Assembly (NCBI GenBank): GCA_025594325.1
Contig: JANHCV010000014.1
Span: 992,001-1,056,000 of the forward strand
Reading direction: 5' to 3'
Length of the DNA: 64,000 nucleotides
DNA from: Blastocladiella emersonii ATCC 22665
Taxonomy: Eukaryota > Fungi > Blastocladiomycota
In this document: one piece after another, positions 26,224 through 37,746 of the stretch
How the letters are laid out: each line of letters opens with the position of its first letter
Position numbering within the stretch: position 1 is the first letter of the stretch
Translations under genes and position numbers: made by a program
Notes under the pieces: model-generated
Told to the model about the DNA's origin: nothing
Databases searched by the model: none
What the model saw: the letters and a program-made list of their open reading frames with translations, nothing else

Positions 26224-26976
26224 CCTCCAGTAGCAGAGCGCGCAGTAGGCAAGGGCGTCGGCAAAGCGCATTGGAATGTCCAAAGGGCTGCGATCGTGGT
26301 CATTGGCATGGGCATCAATACTTAAGTTAAAATAATGGTAAGTAAAAACAAGCTTGGGAGGCGCCCATACGATAAAGTCTCGAGAAGCACAGAGAAATGC
26401 AGTCGAGCCGGCGGCGACCATATCAAGAACAGGCCAAAAGATCTTTGGCCAGCCCCGACTGATGGCAGTGGTGACAAGCCGCACGAAAGCACGAAAGGAG
26501 CACTTCCAAAGAACGTTTTCAAGCGTGCGAAATGCGTCGTGCTCGCCGACGCGAGGATCCCAAGAGCTAATATCGTTGGGCCGCACGCGGCGGAGCAACA
26601 CCTTCGCCACGTTGACAAGAACTTCCGTCGAGGTAAGAGCGAATCGATGGGTTTGCGTTGCTTGACAAGCCTCGTTACGAAGAGTCTGCAGAACGTCGGC
26701 GGGGTCTGAGGCAAGCTCGAGAAGCCGATCAAACGCGTCGCCCGTTGGCTTTACGTTGCGAGCGGCAAGCGGGCTGAGGCGCACAACGACGGTGACGCTC
26801 CACTGCAAGCGTGTGGGCTCGTCTCGAGCGACAACGCAAAGGGTCGCCGAGGCCGCGGCGATGGCGGTGCGCGGATCCGCGAGGCGAAGCACACAAGTTG
26901 CAAGTTCCGCGGGAAGCCGAGCGAGAGATCCAGCATCCAGGTTCGTTTCATATGATTGCATCAAGTCGTTGCTCAT
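26224..26976 (-). pseudogene. 5' part (251 codons) of the F-box-like gene split by the Helentron
   Basis: ATG 26976, MSNDLMQSYETNLDAGSLARLPAELATCVL (LPxEL F-box-like). It joins 24198 in frame once the element is removed. Confidence 0.55.
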
Positions 26977-27252
26977 TGCGGACGGTCGAGTGTCTGCAGT
27001 GGGGGAGGAGAGACGAGAGGCGGGCAAGGGAAACGGCTGGGCAGGACACGGCGCCACAACCCCCGCGACCACGTGCTATCGGGTGATAAATCGACGCGTC
27101 TCATGTCTTGCGTCGAGCACTTGCTCCGAGTCTAACTCAAACCAACGGCCAAGAAAGCTTCGAAAAACCCAATCTTCTTACAGGAGATCGGATTGGTATT
27201 TTTCAAACAGAACAAGACACGAACTCCATTCTTAGAAGCAGGCATTGAAGAC

Positions 27253-28478
27253 TCAGGCGACCGCCGGAGTTTGGTGAGCGGCCGTAGCGTTGGCCAGTTT
27301 GGTTGGGTGCATCATAGCAAGCGGAAGCGCGCGATTCTTGCTCTTGGCCGCGGGAGTGGGATCGATGCCCATCATAGACTTCGGAGGCCCCTTTTCACAT
27401 TCGCAGCTGCAAATAGGAAAACGCTCGGGGGTATAGTCGTGCCAGTGGTACATGGGGTTGAGACTCGACACGCACACTGGGCCATTCGAACCGCCGTCAC
27501 GGAAGCCGCACGAGTAGGTGACCCCATCGTACCAGAAGTGCTTCCACCTCGGACGATAAGCGCAAGTAAATGAGCAGAACCAGCCACCCGTGCGATATCC
27601 GTTGCACTGGCGTTTCATATCGGCAAGCCCGTTGGTGTGCTCCTTGCCGAGGGCAAAGATTTGCTCCTGCCCGCCGTGACAATGCCACAGCTGGAGCTTT
27701 TGGCCGTTGCGATCGCCGTTCCAACCTGGTCAAGGTGCGAATGGGTCAGTGATCTGGATCAGATGTTCACGCAAACATCGCGAGGACAAAAAAAAATACC
27801 TTGGTCAGGATCGAGGCAGAGGTTCGTGTTGAGGTCCGAGCGGATCGGGCCGCCTTCGGCCCGCGGAGGAATATACCAGGCCTGGGCCTTGGAGCCGTTG
27901 CTGGGGAAAGGTAACGCTCGAGTTAGCGATTCCTGCGGCCAGTAGCTCGAGCGAGCAAGCGATCAGATCGTACCATTTCCACCAGCGCACGGTCGCGCCA
28001 GCGTACGCGTTGCCGTCAGGCACGTCGAGGCAGTAGTCGACGCCGCGGTAGCAATGGCGGATCCACGCTCAGTTGCTGTCCGTGTCGAAGCCGACCCGGT
28101 GCTCGTGCGGCGAGCCCGAGTCATCCCAGGTCAGCGAACAGGCCCAAATCTGCGACTTGGCGGACGCGCCATCTAGAGAGGCGCGACAGCTTGTCAGCAC
28201 TAAGTCGAAACGTTAATACGACAGCGAGGCGTACTGGCAGTGGCCTCGGAAAAGTCGATGCACCGACCAGTCGTGACGTAGTCAGACTTGCCAATCGCCA
28301 TGCCCACGATGGAGAGCGCGGTACTACATACATGAGGGAGAGGATGTCGTCAGTAACCCGGTCGCACGCAGTTCTGGCGTTCGCCGTGAACGTACTCGAT
28401 CTCGCGCCACGAGGCAACGACCGGCTGCATGGCCAGCGCAAGAATCGCGATGAAGAGTAGGGTGAATGGGTTCCACAT
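27253..28478 (-). pseudogene. Secreted ricin-B lectin-domain + Cys-rich protein, multi-exon, with an apparent internal TGA
   Basis: Signal peptide MWNPFTLLFIAILALAMQPVVA. Ricin-type repeats YCLDVPDGNAYAGATVRWW, KAQAW, NLCLDP and GQKLQLWHCHGGQEQIF. In-frame TGA at 28069-28071. Confidence 0.55.
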
Positions 28479-29093
28479 CGTCGGTCGTCTTTGCCGCAAG
28501 CGGACGGGTGAGAACGAGAGCGAGGGCATCGTCGGGGATCGGGGTGATACTTATACCCGGTTGCTCGCTTGCGTTATGCACACGCACAGCTCGCCGCCTG
28601 CACGCCCGCCAACTCGAGCGCACGCGCCGAGAAGTGCAAAACACAAGCGCTGCAACGACCCACATGGAGACGGCGGTCAGCCGGACAGATGCGCGCACGC
28701 GCGAAGTGCCGGCGAGCTGCAGGTGCGCGGCGCTCATGCAGCTGTGCCACTCACGCGACGACCAGTTGGCCAATGACCAGCGTTCCTTTGCGCCACAGGT
28801 GCGCCACGAGCCGCGTGGGCCACGTCTCGTCGACGTCGGATTCCACTTCAGAGTCGTGGCGCGTGCTGGATCAACTCTCGAATCGGCGACGCTCCTCGCG
28901 CGCTGCATCAAGTTCATCCGCCTTGAGTTCCGCGTCGTGTGATCGCTCGCTGTGCGGCCTCGTGGGCACAGAACCTTGCGGCAGCGGCGGCGGCAGCGGC
29001 AACGGCAGCGCACAGTCATCGATAACGACGAAGACATGGTTGAGCGAGGATCCAAGCGTGGGTGTAGGAGTTGGTCTATTGATGTGCGGACGT

Positions 29094-30143
29094 CTAGTCG
29101 AGTTTCTTGGCGCGCGATTTCGCCCACGAGCGCTGACCGTGCGGCGGAGCCTTGGACTCGAGGAGGAAGTGGTTTGTGTCCATGAACTACAGCAAGCAGT
29201 GTCAGGAACCGCCAGATCCCGAGCGCCGCGACTGAGAAAAGCGTACCCAGTGACCAAAGTCGTTGAGCCAGATGGGCGCGGCGCGGACGATGAGCGAGGT
29301 CCAGGTGAAGAGCGGCAGCCACACGTCCTGGCTCGCGTTCCGGTCCAGCGTGTCGACGATGGCACGCGCGACGTAGTCGGGCTCGAGCGACGGGCACAGA
29401 AACTGGAACGGGACCGTGACCGAGGCAAACAGCCGCGTGCGGATGTGCGACGGGCACACGATGCTCGTCTTCACGTTGGTGTGCCGCAACTCCTGGCGCA
29501 GCGACTCGTGGAACCCGAGCAGCGCAAACTTGCTCGCGCAGTAATCGGTCAGCCACGCGAGTCCGACGAGTCCCGCCGCAGAGCCGACGTGCAGGACGTG
29601 GCCCGCGTCGGCCGCGATCCAGTGCGGGAGGAGCAGCTGGGTCAGGAACATGGGCGCGCGCAAGTTCACGGCGAGCGTGCGGTCCACGTCGGCGGGCACG
29701 AGATCCGTCAAGTACTTGCCCGAGACGACGCCCGCATTGTTGATGAGGATGGTCGGGACGCCGTGCTTCGCGATGACTCGGTCAACGAGGGCAGCCAGAT
29801 GGGCGTGCTGCTGCTCCGCGTTCATGCCTGCGCTACCAGCCAAGTCGCAGGTCACAAGATCGACGCGGTGCGCGTCCGACTCGGGGACCCAGTCCTCCTC
29901 GGGCGGCTCGCGGTCAACGACGACTAAGCGCAGCGATGGCGACTTGGCGAGCAGCCGCTTGGCCGTCGCAAGACCGACACCGTGTGACCCACCGGTCAGC
30001 AGAGCGAGCTGCGTGTCCCAGTCGAGCCGTTTGGGCGCCAGCAGGAAGCGGGCAACGAGGGCGACGGTCGCGAGCCCAACCACCACGACGAAAACGAGCA
30101 TAACAATCGATTCTGTCGCATCTAACCACTGCATCAGGTTCAT
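29094..30143 (-). CDS. Short-chain dehydrogenase/reductase with an N-terminal TM helix
   Basis: TGGSHGVG, ILINNAGVV and YCASK motifs; the last exon (FMDTNHF..) follows a gtacgc..tag intron. Confidence 0.9.
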
Positions 30144-30361
30144 TCGACTTCAATCTGTTTGCATTGCGAGGCCAGCAAGAATGAGAGGGGGAGTCGGGAG
30201 AGCTGCTGGGAGAGAAGCGAAGTCGGAGTGGCGTAGCGACGGGTCAGCCGCAGTCGCGTGACGTCAAATCAACACTGTATACCTCCGCCACCCCAGCCGC
30301 CGTCCTCGACGCGTCTCGACCCCGCCAACCACGACGCACACGGAAAAAAAACGTAACAACC

Positions 30362-32937
30362 ATGGAAAATTCTGCACGCGGTGGATCGCGTGGTGGTGCT
30401 CCTCGCGGCGCCCCTCGCGGCGGTCGTGGCGGCAGCCGAGGCGGCGCTCGCCCCGCTGGCGGACCTCCTCGCACGGCCCCGAAGCCCACCCCAACAACCA
30501 CCACCACGGCCGATGCCGAACCCGCATCTACGCCGAAACCCGCACCGGCGGCACCGGCCCCGAAGGCCGACGACACGACCGTCAAGCAGCACCGGCTGCA
30601 CATTGGCGGCTTCCGCGACTCCGTCGCCGCGTCGGACTTTGCCACGCGGTTCCGCTCGTTTGGCACCATCTCGGACGTGGCCATCCCGCAGTCGGAGACG
30701 GGCGTGCCGCGCGGGTTCGCGCACTTCACGCTCGCCGGCACCGACGCGCAGGTGCAGAAGCTGCTCAACACGTACAACGGGTCCAAGTGGAAGGGCGGCG
30801 TGATCCACCTGCACCCGGCGCGCGAGTCGTACGAGGCGCGCCTGGCCGCCGAGCGCGCCGCGAGCGCCGCCAAGGAGGCCCGCCGTGCCGTCAACTTCCC
30901 CCAAAAACCGCGCGACCCGTTCCCGCTCGACGGCTGGGCCGAGTGGCAGCGCAAGCGCATCGCCGAGCGCAAGCGCGAGGCCCGCGGCACGCTGGCGGGG
31001 GCCGAGAAGCGCACCATCTCGCAGGTCATGCACGACGACATGCAGCTCGACGGCAAGGGCGAGCACAAGTGGTGGAAGCGCGCGCGGTTCGGCCGCGTCC
31101 TGCCCGTCATGCGCCGCCTGCGCACCCCGCTCGGCCCCATCACCATGGACCCGACGCGCCTGCGCGACACGTTCGAGCGCCTGTACCTGAACGCCCGCAA
31201 CAAGCCCGTCGCGCAGCTCACGTGGGTCATTCGCGACCGCGACCGTGACTACGGTGGCGACGGGTTCGACCGCGGCTACGATCAGCGCGACCACGGCGAC
31301 TATTTCGATTCGCGCGCCGAGTCGGACTGGCGCGCCCAGCAGCAGCAGCAGCAGTCGAAGCGGCACCACGAGGGGCCCGTCGGCTACCACCACGACGAGG
31401 AGCAGTACTACGAGGAGGCGGAGCACTACGACGAGGGTGATCAGTACGGCGAGGAAGCCGAGGAGGAGGAGGAGACGCCCGACACCCAGTACCACAAGGC
31501 CTACGAGCACGTCGAGATCGAGTCGGCGCCCACATCGTCGTCCGACGACAACGACGAGGAGGAGGACGACGAGTCCGACGCCATGTCGGTCGATGAGCCC
31601 GCTCCCGCTGCGCCCGCACCCGCTCCCGCCGCGACCGACGCCATGGACCTGTTCTCGGACGACGACGGCGAGGCCGAGTCGCCCGCTTCGGTCGAGAAGT
31701 CGGCTGCCGATGCTGGATCCGAGGACGAGGATGCCGACCGCTTCGGTACGCTTTCACCCCTCTCGCCACCTTGCCATCCGAACTAGAACTAACCCACGCC
31801 TCGCCCGCCACCGTTGTAGAGTTCAAGGAGCAGTTCATGGGGCCCAAGGGCAAGCAGCTCATGGCGCTGCAGAAGAAGGCGGGCGGCGACGATCGCTTCC
31901 AGTTCACGGCCGACTTTGCCACCGCTGCCGACGAGGACGAGCAGCCGCGCTCGGACGCTGACGGTGAGGGGGAGAGCGACGCCGAGTCGGACGCGGGCGA
32001 CGAGTCTCGCGACGCGGACGGCGACGCGCTTGACCCCGACGACGAGAATGCGGCGCGCAACGTGCGCAAGGAGCGGTCCATGGCCATGGACGTGCTCGCG
32101 GGCATGTTCGGCGAGGAGGTGACCAAGCGCGACGTGTCAAAGTCCGCTCCGAACACGGGCGCCGCCAAGGGCACGACGCGCGCCGAGGCCGCGCAGGCCG
32201 ACCGCACGTTCGAGCTCACGGGCATGTCGTTCTACGACCCCGACGCGGCCAACGCGGACCGGTTCGAGGTCAAGCCCGTCGAGCCCGAGCCGCCCGCGGT
32301 CGCTGCTGCCGGTTCGGACGCGTCGGACTCGGAGTCGTCGTCGGACGAGGAGGACTCGGACGCCGACGACTCAAGTAGCAGCAGCGATGACGAGGCCGAG
32401 GCCAAGCAGAAGCCCGAGGTGGCCACCCCCTCGTTCCTCGACGGCCTCTTCGGCAGCACCGCCGAGTCTGCCTCCGCGGCCGCGCCGACCTTCTCCAAGT
32501 CGGGCAGCATGATCAACACCGACTTTGCGACCATGTTCGGCAAGACGGGTCCCGCGGCCGAGTCCAAGTCGTCGTTCAGCCTGTTCGGCTCGTCCACCAC
32601 GACTACCACCGCGACGGCGAGCGACTCCGACGCCAAGCCCTTCTTCGCGACGGTCGCGGCCAAGTCGACGGCGGCACCCGCGTCGGCCAAGTCGGGCCGC
32701 ACGGCCACGCTGGCCTCGACGCTCTTCTTCGTCGGCGACCGGCTCGGCGCCCTCGAGACCAAGGCGTTTGTGCGGACGCAGACGGACGCGCAGGTCAAGG
32801 AGACGTGGGCGGCGCGCCGGTGGGATCTGCACGCCGAGCTCAAGAAGCGGCACAAGAACGCGGCGCGCAAGGCCCGCATGCGCAGCAGCCAGCACCGCGG
32901 CGGTGTCGCTGTTGGTGGTGGCGGGCGTCGGTCGTAA
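30362..32937 (+). CDS. NOL8: Nucleolar protein 8-like (N-terminal RRM)
   Basis: RLHIGG..RFRSFG..RGFAHF..YNGSKWKGG..ARESYEARL, plus C-terminal FVRT..W..R..LKKRHKNAAR. Intron 31746-31819 keeps the frame. Confidence 0.75.
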
Positions 32938-33431
32938 TCGTTGCGTGTACATAGATATCCTTCATTCGAATTTCGATCTGGACTCCACTGGACTTGTGTC
33001 GCGTTGCGGAAGAGAGGTTGCAGGTCAGAAACGGGACCATCTATTTTTGAGGGACAAGGCAGGGGCGAGACGCGCGTGCGCTTCACCGCACGGACCTTGG
33101 AGCGTCGTCGAGTCGGCCACCGATGGACTGCGCACCCGCCACCGTCCGTCACCTCGGCCGCCAGCACTGCCTGACGCGTCTGATGGCGAAGCTGATGACG
33201 ACGGCGAGGAACAGGATGAGCGTAGATCCATGAGCTGGACGGCCGACTGGCCGACAATGAACTTGCGAGAAGAGGTACGGGCCCTTTCAACACGGGCGTG
33301 TGGTGGGCGTTGCTAATGTGCACGGGCCCCACGTGCGTGGCTGGGTTCGAAACTTGAAACTTCATCGGGCGTCGCTGTGCGACTCCGGGTTCCGGCTCCC
33401 GTGAACGCTCGCTACACTGCATGCAAAACAA

Positions 33432-36308
33432 ATGGAAGCTTCCTGGGACTCGGCGCAATATGCGCACCTGTACGAGGGCCACCCGCCGGGCCAAGCGCCC
33501 GGGTGGCCGGGCGGCTTCGTCGGACCCGTGCCTTCGTACCCACAGCCGCAGCAGCCTTACTCCCAAGCTTACTCTCATCCGGCTGCATCTGGTCCCGAGA
33601 TTTCACCATTTGCTTCTAGTTCGGTTAATCCATCCGAGCTTGACTTGCTTCTCTTCACACAGCAGCGGCTCGTCGTTCCGACCCTGACCGCGCTCGGCGA
33701 CCCCGATCCCGCGACGTGGCTTCGAGTACTGGAGACGGACCTCGTTGCACTCAACCTACCACGCCAGTTCTGGCATCTTGCAGCGCTTTGCTACGCCGAC
33801 GGCGATCTCGCGCGAACGCTGCGGCTCCGAGCGCAGGAACGATACGACGCGGCCGGCGCGACGGGTGACCTCTGGCAGCTCGGCATCCGACCTGCTGTTC
33901 TCGAACTTCCTCGGTACGCACCTCCCGACTCAAAGTTGCGTGCGACGACAACGGTCGGTCCCGCGACCGTGCTTGGTGAATGTTTGTCGAACGGTTACTC
34001 GATGTGGCCGGCACCGACTCAGCACCAGCAGCAGCCACCGCCCGTAGCGGGTGAGTGCGAGCCGCAGCCCTTCACATCATCCGTCGATTCGCAGTGTGAT
34101 GGCTCGTCCCCAACTGGGGGTTTGTTGGTCGCCACACTTTCGCAATCATCCGACTTGGACCCCGAGCCCTCGCTTACCTCAAAACCCGACCCTTCATTCT
34201 CTCCGGCTGCGGAGCACGCTCCCGAACTTGATCCTGCATCGGTGACCAGCATTAGCGACGACGAAAGCGAATCCGCTTCTCTGCCTTTAGACACAACGCT
34301 TTCTGACGATTTTGCTTCCAACTCGGATGTTGACGACTTGACTTCTGCTCACTCATCGACAACCGTGGAGGCCGATCCCACCACTACTTCTGATTTTGCT
34401 CCGATCAACGATGACCAGGCCCTCGCCGCGACTGCCGATCTCCTTGTCAATGCAGACATGCCCCACTCCCCTTGCCCACCGGCACGCTTGCCCACTCCTC
34501 CGCCGCCTTCAATCTTGCCGGCACCTTCGACTCGTTCTACAAGCCTGCTTGACCGCACGGAGTCGCTGTCGCTCGAGTCTGAAGTGAGCGATGCTAGACT
34601 TGAACACGACGCGCCTGTCGCTCCAGATTCGCTTGACTACGATGCGGACCTGACTCCCTCTCGCACTGTGGACGGCGATCCTGATTTTCCAGGTTTGCGC
34701 GAGCCCAACGTGGCCGGGTCTGGACTCGGCGGCGCGGGCAGTTGCGATTCGTCGCCGCCTCGTGTGGGTGACGCGAGCAACACTTTCCCCGAGCGCGATG
34801 CGGAGACTTTGCCCGCTTTGGGTCCCTTGCTTCCTGCGACGGACGCGGACGTCACTAACGGTTCTTTGCAGTCAGGTGAAATAGACGAGGCACCGCACGG
34901 CTCTACCAACTTGGATCCTCATTACGATTTGGTGCGCGACCTCGACGAGCACGGCCTCCCGTCGTTCCACTTGCTTCCAGCGCCATGCGGCACGACTGCT
35001 GGTCCGACTTGGTTTGATCCTTTGGTTCTTGATATGCCGGGTATCCTTCCCAGCGTTCCAACCGTCCACATTCACCTGGTGCTTACCACTTCAATTGGCT
35101 TGTACTACGCGGGGCCTGGTATCTGGGACTTTGATTCGGACAAGATTCGCGGGCACTACGTTGTCGTCGCTCCAGCCGATGCAACGTGGGGCGCGGCCAA
35201 GGATTTCATTGAATCTTGCGTGATCGGGCCATGCATCCTGGAGCAGAATCCCGTCTACTGGCGCCTCCCGGGTAACGTAGTGGGTGTCGATGTGCGTGTC
35301 TCGATCAATGACGGGCTTCTCTCGGATCCCGACCTTACGCTCGCCCAGCTTGTCGCCGCGAGCAGCGTGAGCAGCGACGGCGGGAAGCTGCCGCCGGCCA
35401 AGAAGAAAGGCAAGAAACAGAAGCGCGCGACGGCATCAATGACCGTGACCTCGGTTGCGCCTGACGATGCTGATTCTGCCGCTCCTGCAGTGCTCCGAGT
35501 TTTGAGCGCTCCACTTGGCGAAAAAGCTTTCAAAACGGCTCCATCGGCGCCGAAAGGTGTGCCCTTGCCCATCCCTCAGTCGATCATCCAAAACTACATG
35601 ATCGACCGAACTCTCATCCTGATCAAGTATTACCAGGCGCCCTCCGCGCCGCGAATGCACCTCCCGTGTTGGGTCAATCCGACTGGTCCCGTCTCTGACC
35701 TCGTCGACGTCTTGTCGCGCTCCAAAGACACGTTTTCGGGCTGTATCTTTTCCCAGCCACTTTGCTTCTACGAGGAGCGGCCGGGCAACGCTCCACCGCG
35801 TTGTCTCAGCCCGCGTCTTTCTTGGCGGAGGCTGGGCGTTCCATTTGGCGCCGTGATCGTTGTCGAGTACGCCGCCGCGAAAAGCAGCGTTGACCTGATC
35901 AGATCGCTCTCACCAAAGGCCTCGAAGTACACGACCCTGAAGACGCATTCTGATGCGATGCAGCTCAGGAGCATGAATCACGCCATGCACAAGCTCGCGT
36001 TCCAGTGCGCGGACCCGGCGCGCGTGCAGCTCGCCATCGACACGGCCATGTCCGTGTTCTTGATCTCTCTTGCGTTTGTACCGGGCATGCTCTTGGACTT
36101 GCGCCACGAGTACCGCATGGTTGCGCGCGGGCGGGTGGCACCGCCAACGTTCCCTGAGTGGTTTGACGCGTGGGTTACTGGCGCATGGAACCGCGAGTTT
36201 ATCTGGTTGTGCGATCCCGACGCGCCCAGGTTTACAGAGGAGGGGCTCGATGCGGTTGATCCTCGCGAGATCATGGACGAGCCAAGCGCGAAGAGTGATG
36301 ATGCATGA
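33432..36308 (+). CDS. 958-aa intronless protein: gag-like N-terminus, S/D/P-rich linker, two possible ubiquitin-like domains
   Basis: Long open ORF. DPDPATWLRVLETDL..FWHLAALCYADG resembles a retrotransposon gag core; LLSDPDLTLAQL and LSPRLSWRRLGVPFGAVIVVEY resemble UBL C-termini. Confidence 0.55.
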   Translation: MEASWDSAQYAHLYEGHPPGQAPGWPGGFVGPVPSYPQPQQPYSQAYSHPAASGPEISPFASSSVNPSELDLLLFTQQRLVVPTLTALGDPDPATWLRVLETDLVALNLPRQFWHLAALCYADGDLARTLRLRAQERYDAAGATGDLWQLGIRPAVLELPRYAPPDSKLRATTTVGPATVLGECLSNGYSMWPAPTQHQQQPPPVAGECEPQPFTSSVDSQCDGSSPTGGLLVATLSQSSDLDPEPSLTSKPDPSFSPAAEHAPELDPASVTSISDDESESASLPLDTTLSDDFASNSDVDDLTSAHSSTTVEADPTTTSDFAPINDDQALAATADLLVNADMPHSPCPPARLPTPPPPSILPAPSTRSTSLLDRTESLSLESEVSDARLEHDAPVAPDSLDYDADLTPSRTVDGDPDFPGLREPNVAGSGLGGAGSCDSSPPRVGDASNTFPERDAETLPALGPLLPATDADVTNGSLQSGEIDEAPHGSTNLDPHYDLVRDLDEHGLPSFHLLPAPCGTTAGPTWFDPLVLDMPGILPSVPTVHIHLVLTTSIGLYYAGPGIWDFDSDKIRGHYVVVAPADATWGAAKDFIESCVIGPCILEQNPVYWRLPGNVVGVDVRVSINDGLLSDPDLTLAQLVAASSVSSDGGKLPPAKKKGKKQKRATASMTVTSVAPDDADSAAPAVLRVLSAPLGEKAFKTAPSAPKGVPLPIPQSIIQNYMIDRTLILIKYYQAPSAPRMHLPCWVNPTGPVSDLVDVLSRSKDTFSGCIFSQPLCFYEERPGNAPPRCLSPRLSWRRLGVPFGAVIVVEYAAAKSSVDLIRSLSPKASKYTTLKTHSDAMQLRSMNHAMHKLAFQCADPARVQLAIDTAMSVFLISLAFVPGMLLDLRHEYRMVARGRVAPPTFPEWFDAWVTGAWNREFIWLCDPDAPRFTEEGLDAVDPREIMDEPSAKSDDA

Positions 36309-36382
36309 ATACGATGTATTTCTTTCTTTACTGCAGTTATTCGCCGATTTTCACGTCGAGGAAATGAGTTCCACTAGTTTAC

Positions 36383-37369
36383 ATGTTTCGGGGAGACATG
36401 AGCCTCCATCCCTTTGAAGCTGCTGTTGCCACGGGCGAAAACGAGTCCATGGACTGGTGGATCCAAGTGGGGCTCGAGCCCGACTACGATCGCGCATTCG
36501 ACATCGCGGTTGATAACAACCAAGGTGACCTACTTTCATGGATCGCTATCTCTTACCGCCCACCTCGTGCCGATTACCCCAGCGACACAGGCATCAGCGA
36601 TGAAGATTTCGAAGCCGAGGAGCGCAACGAATTTGTATCTCGTAAACGCGAAGGCCTGGTCAAACGAGCGCTCGAGCGCGGCTTCACAAGTGTCCTTGAC
36701 AACTATCCCATCGATAAAGACTACCACGAGTATTGTCGCGACGACAATTGGGCTCATGCAGTCAACTGGCCCAACGTGATTCTTGATTGCACTCGAAAGG
36801 ACTGGCCGCACATGCTTGCATGGATGACCAAACCTCCCAAGGCCTTCTACTTCGACTATGCTTACGACGACCCGTTCACGCTCGTCAGAGGCAGCGGCAT
36901 TGAACGCCCCACCATCTCGCCGTTCCATGAATTCGAGCGCAAACACTTGTTGTTTTTGGACGAGGCCACCAAGTCGTGCGCGATTGGCGGCCTGAACTGG
37001 GTCAAGCAAAAGAACGACGAGCGCTACAAACCGCTGCCTGGCACGACCTACTTTAATCTCGACCTTGTCCGTGAGGCCGCGCGCCTGGACCACATCGAAC
37101 TCGTCGAGTGGTGGCTCCAATCGGGGCTTATGGACAAGTACGAGCGGCGGGCGATCTTCGAAGAACTCGAAAGTGCTGGTTTCTCGACTGAGCTCCGCGA
37201 GGAGGACTTGTACTTGGAGTCTGAATCGGAGTTTGAGTCCAGCTCAGATCAGAGTACGAGGAAGAGTCGGAATCGGAATCGGAATCGGAGTCCGAATCCG
37301 AGGAGGACGCGGACAGCAACAACTGATGTCACATTTGCATTTGATAATTTGACATTCATCTTTCCATAA
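36383..37369 (+). CDS. Ankyrin-like repeat protein with an acidic/RS tail
   Basis: AAVATGENESMDWW and AARLDHIELVEWWLQSG; close paralogue of 38085-39110. Confidence 0.6.
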   Translation: MFRGDMSLHPFEAAVATGENESMDWWIQVGLEPDYDRAFDIAVDNNQGDLLSWIAISYRPPRADYPSDTGISDEDFEAEERNEFVSRKREGLVKRALERGFTSVLDNYPIDKDYHEYCRDDNWAHAVNWPNVILDCTRKDWPHMLAWMTKPPKAFYFDYAYDDPFTLVRGSGIERPTISPFHEFERKHLLFLDEATKSCAIGGLNWVKQKNDERYKPLPGTTYFNLDLVREAARLDHIELVEWWLQSGLMDKYERRAIFEELESAGFSTELREEDLYLESESEFESSSDQSTRKSRNRNRNRSPNPRRTRTATTDVTFAFDNLTFIFP

Positions 37370-37746
37370 TTACTCGTGTGCATGGCGTGGTCGCGGAGGA
37401 GTGTGATTTTTTCACATTCGATGGCTGCGGTCGAAGCAGGCCGTTCCTGCAGCTCCGACTTTTCATGCCCGCAGGGGTGATCAAGGTAGCACTCCTGTCT
37501 CGGACTTTGCTCAGCCAAAGTCTTTCCCTCGCGGTGAATGCGTTCGTCTACACAAATCGCTCGAGTTTCTTTGAACGGAAGTGAGCAGCACACAGCCGAC
37601 GCTGCGCGAAAGGAAACGGAGCGCGAGGGCGTTGCGGTGACGCGACTGACTGACGTGTCAGGTGATCAGTGAGGCGCTCCTCATTTCAGGTTCGCTCGTC
37701 CGCCTTGTTCGCCGCTCCCTCAGAGGACACTACCACGGCGGAAACC

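Noticed and set aside
37260-37300. (AATCGG)n hexamer repeat
   Set aside because: Simple coding low complexity (RNRNRN tail).
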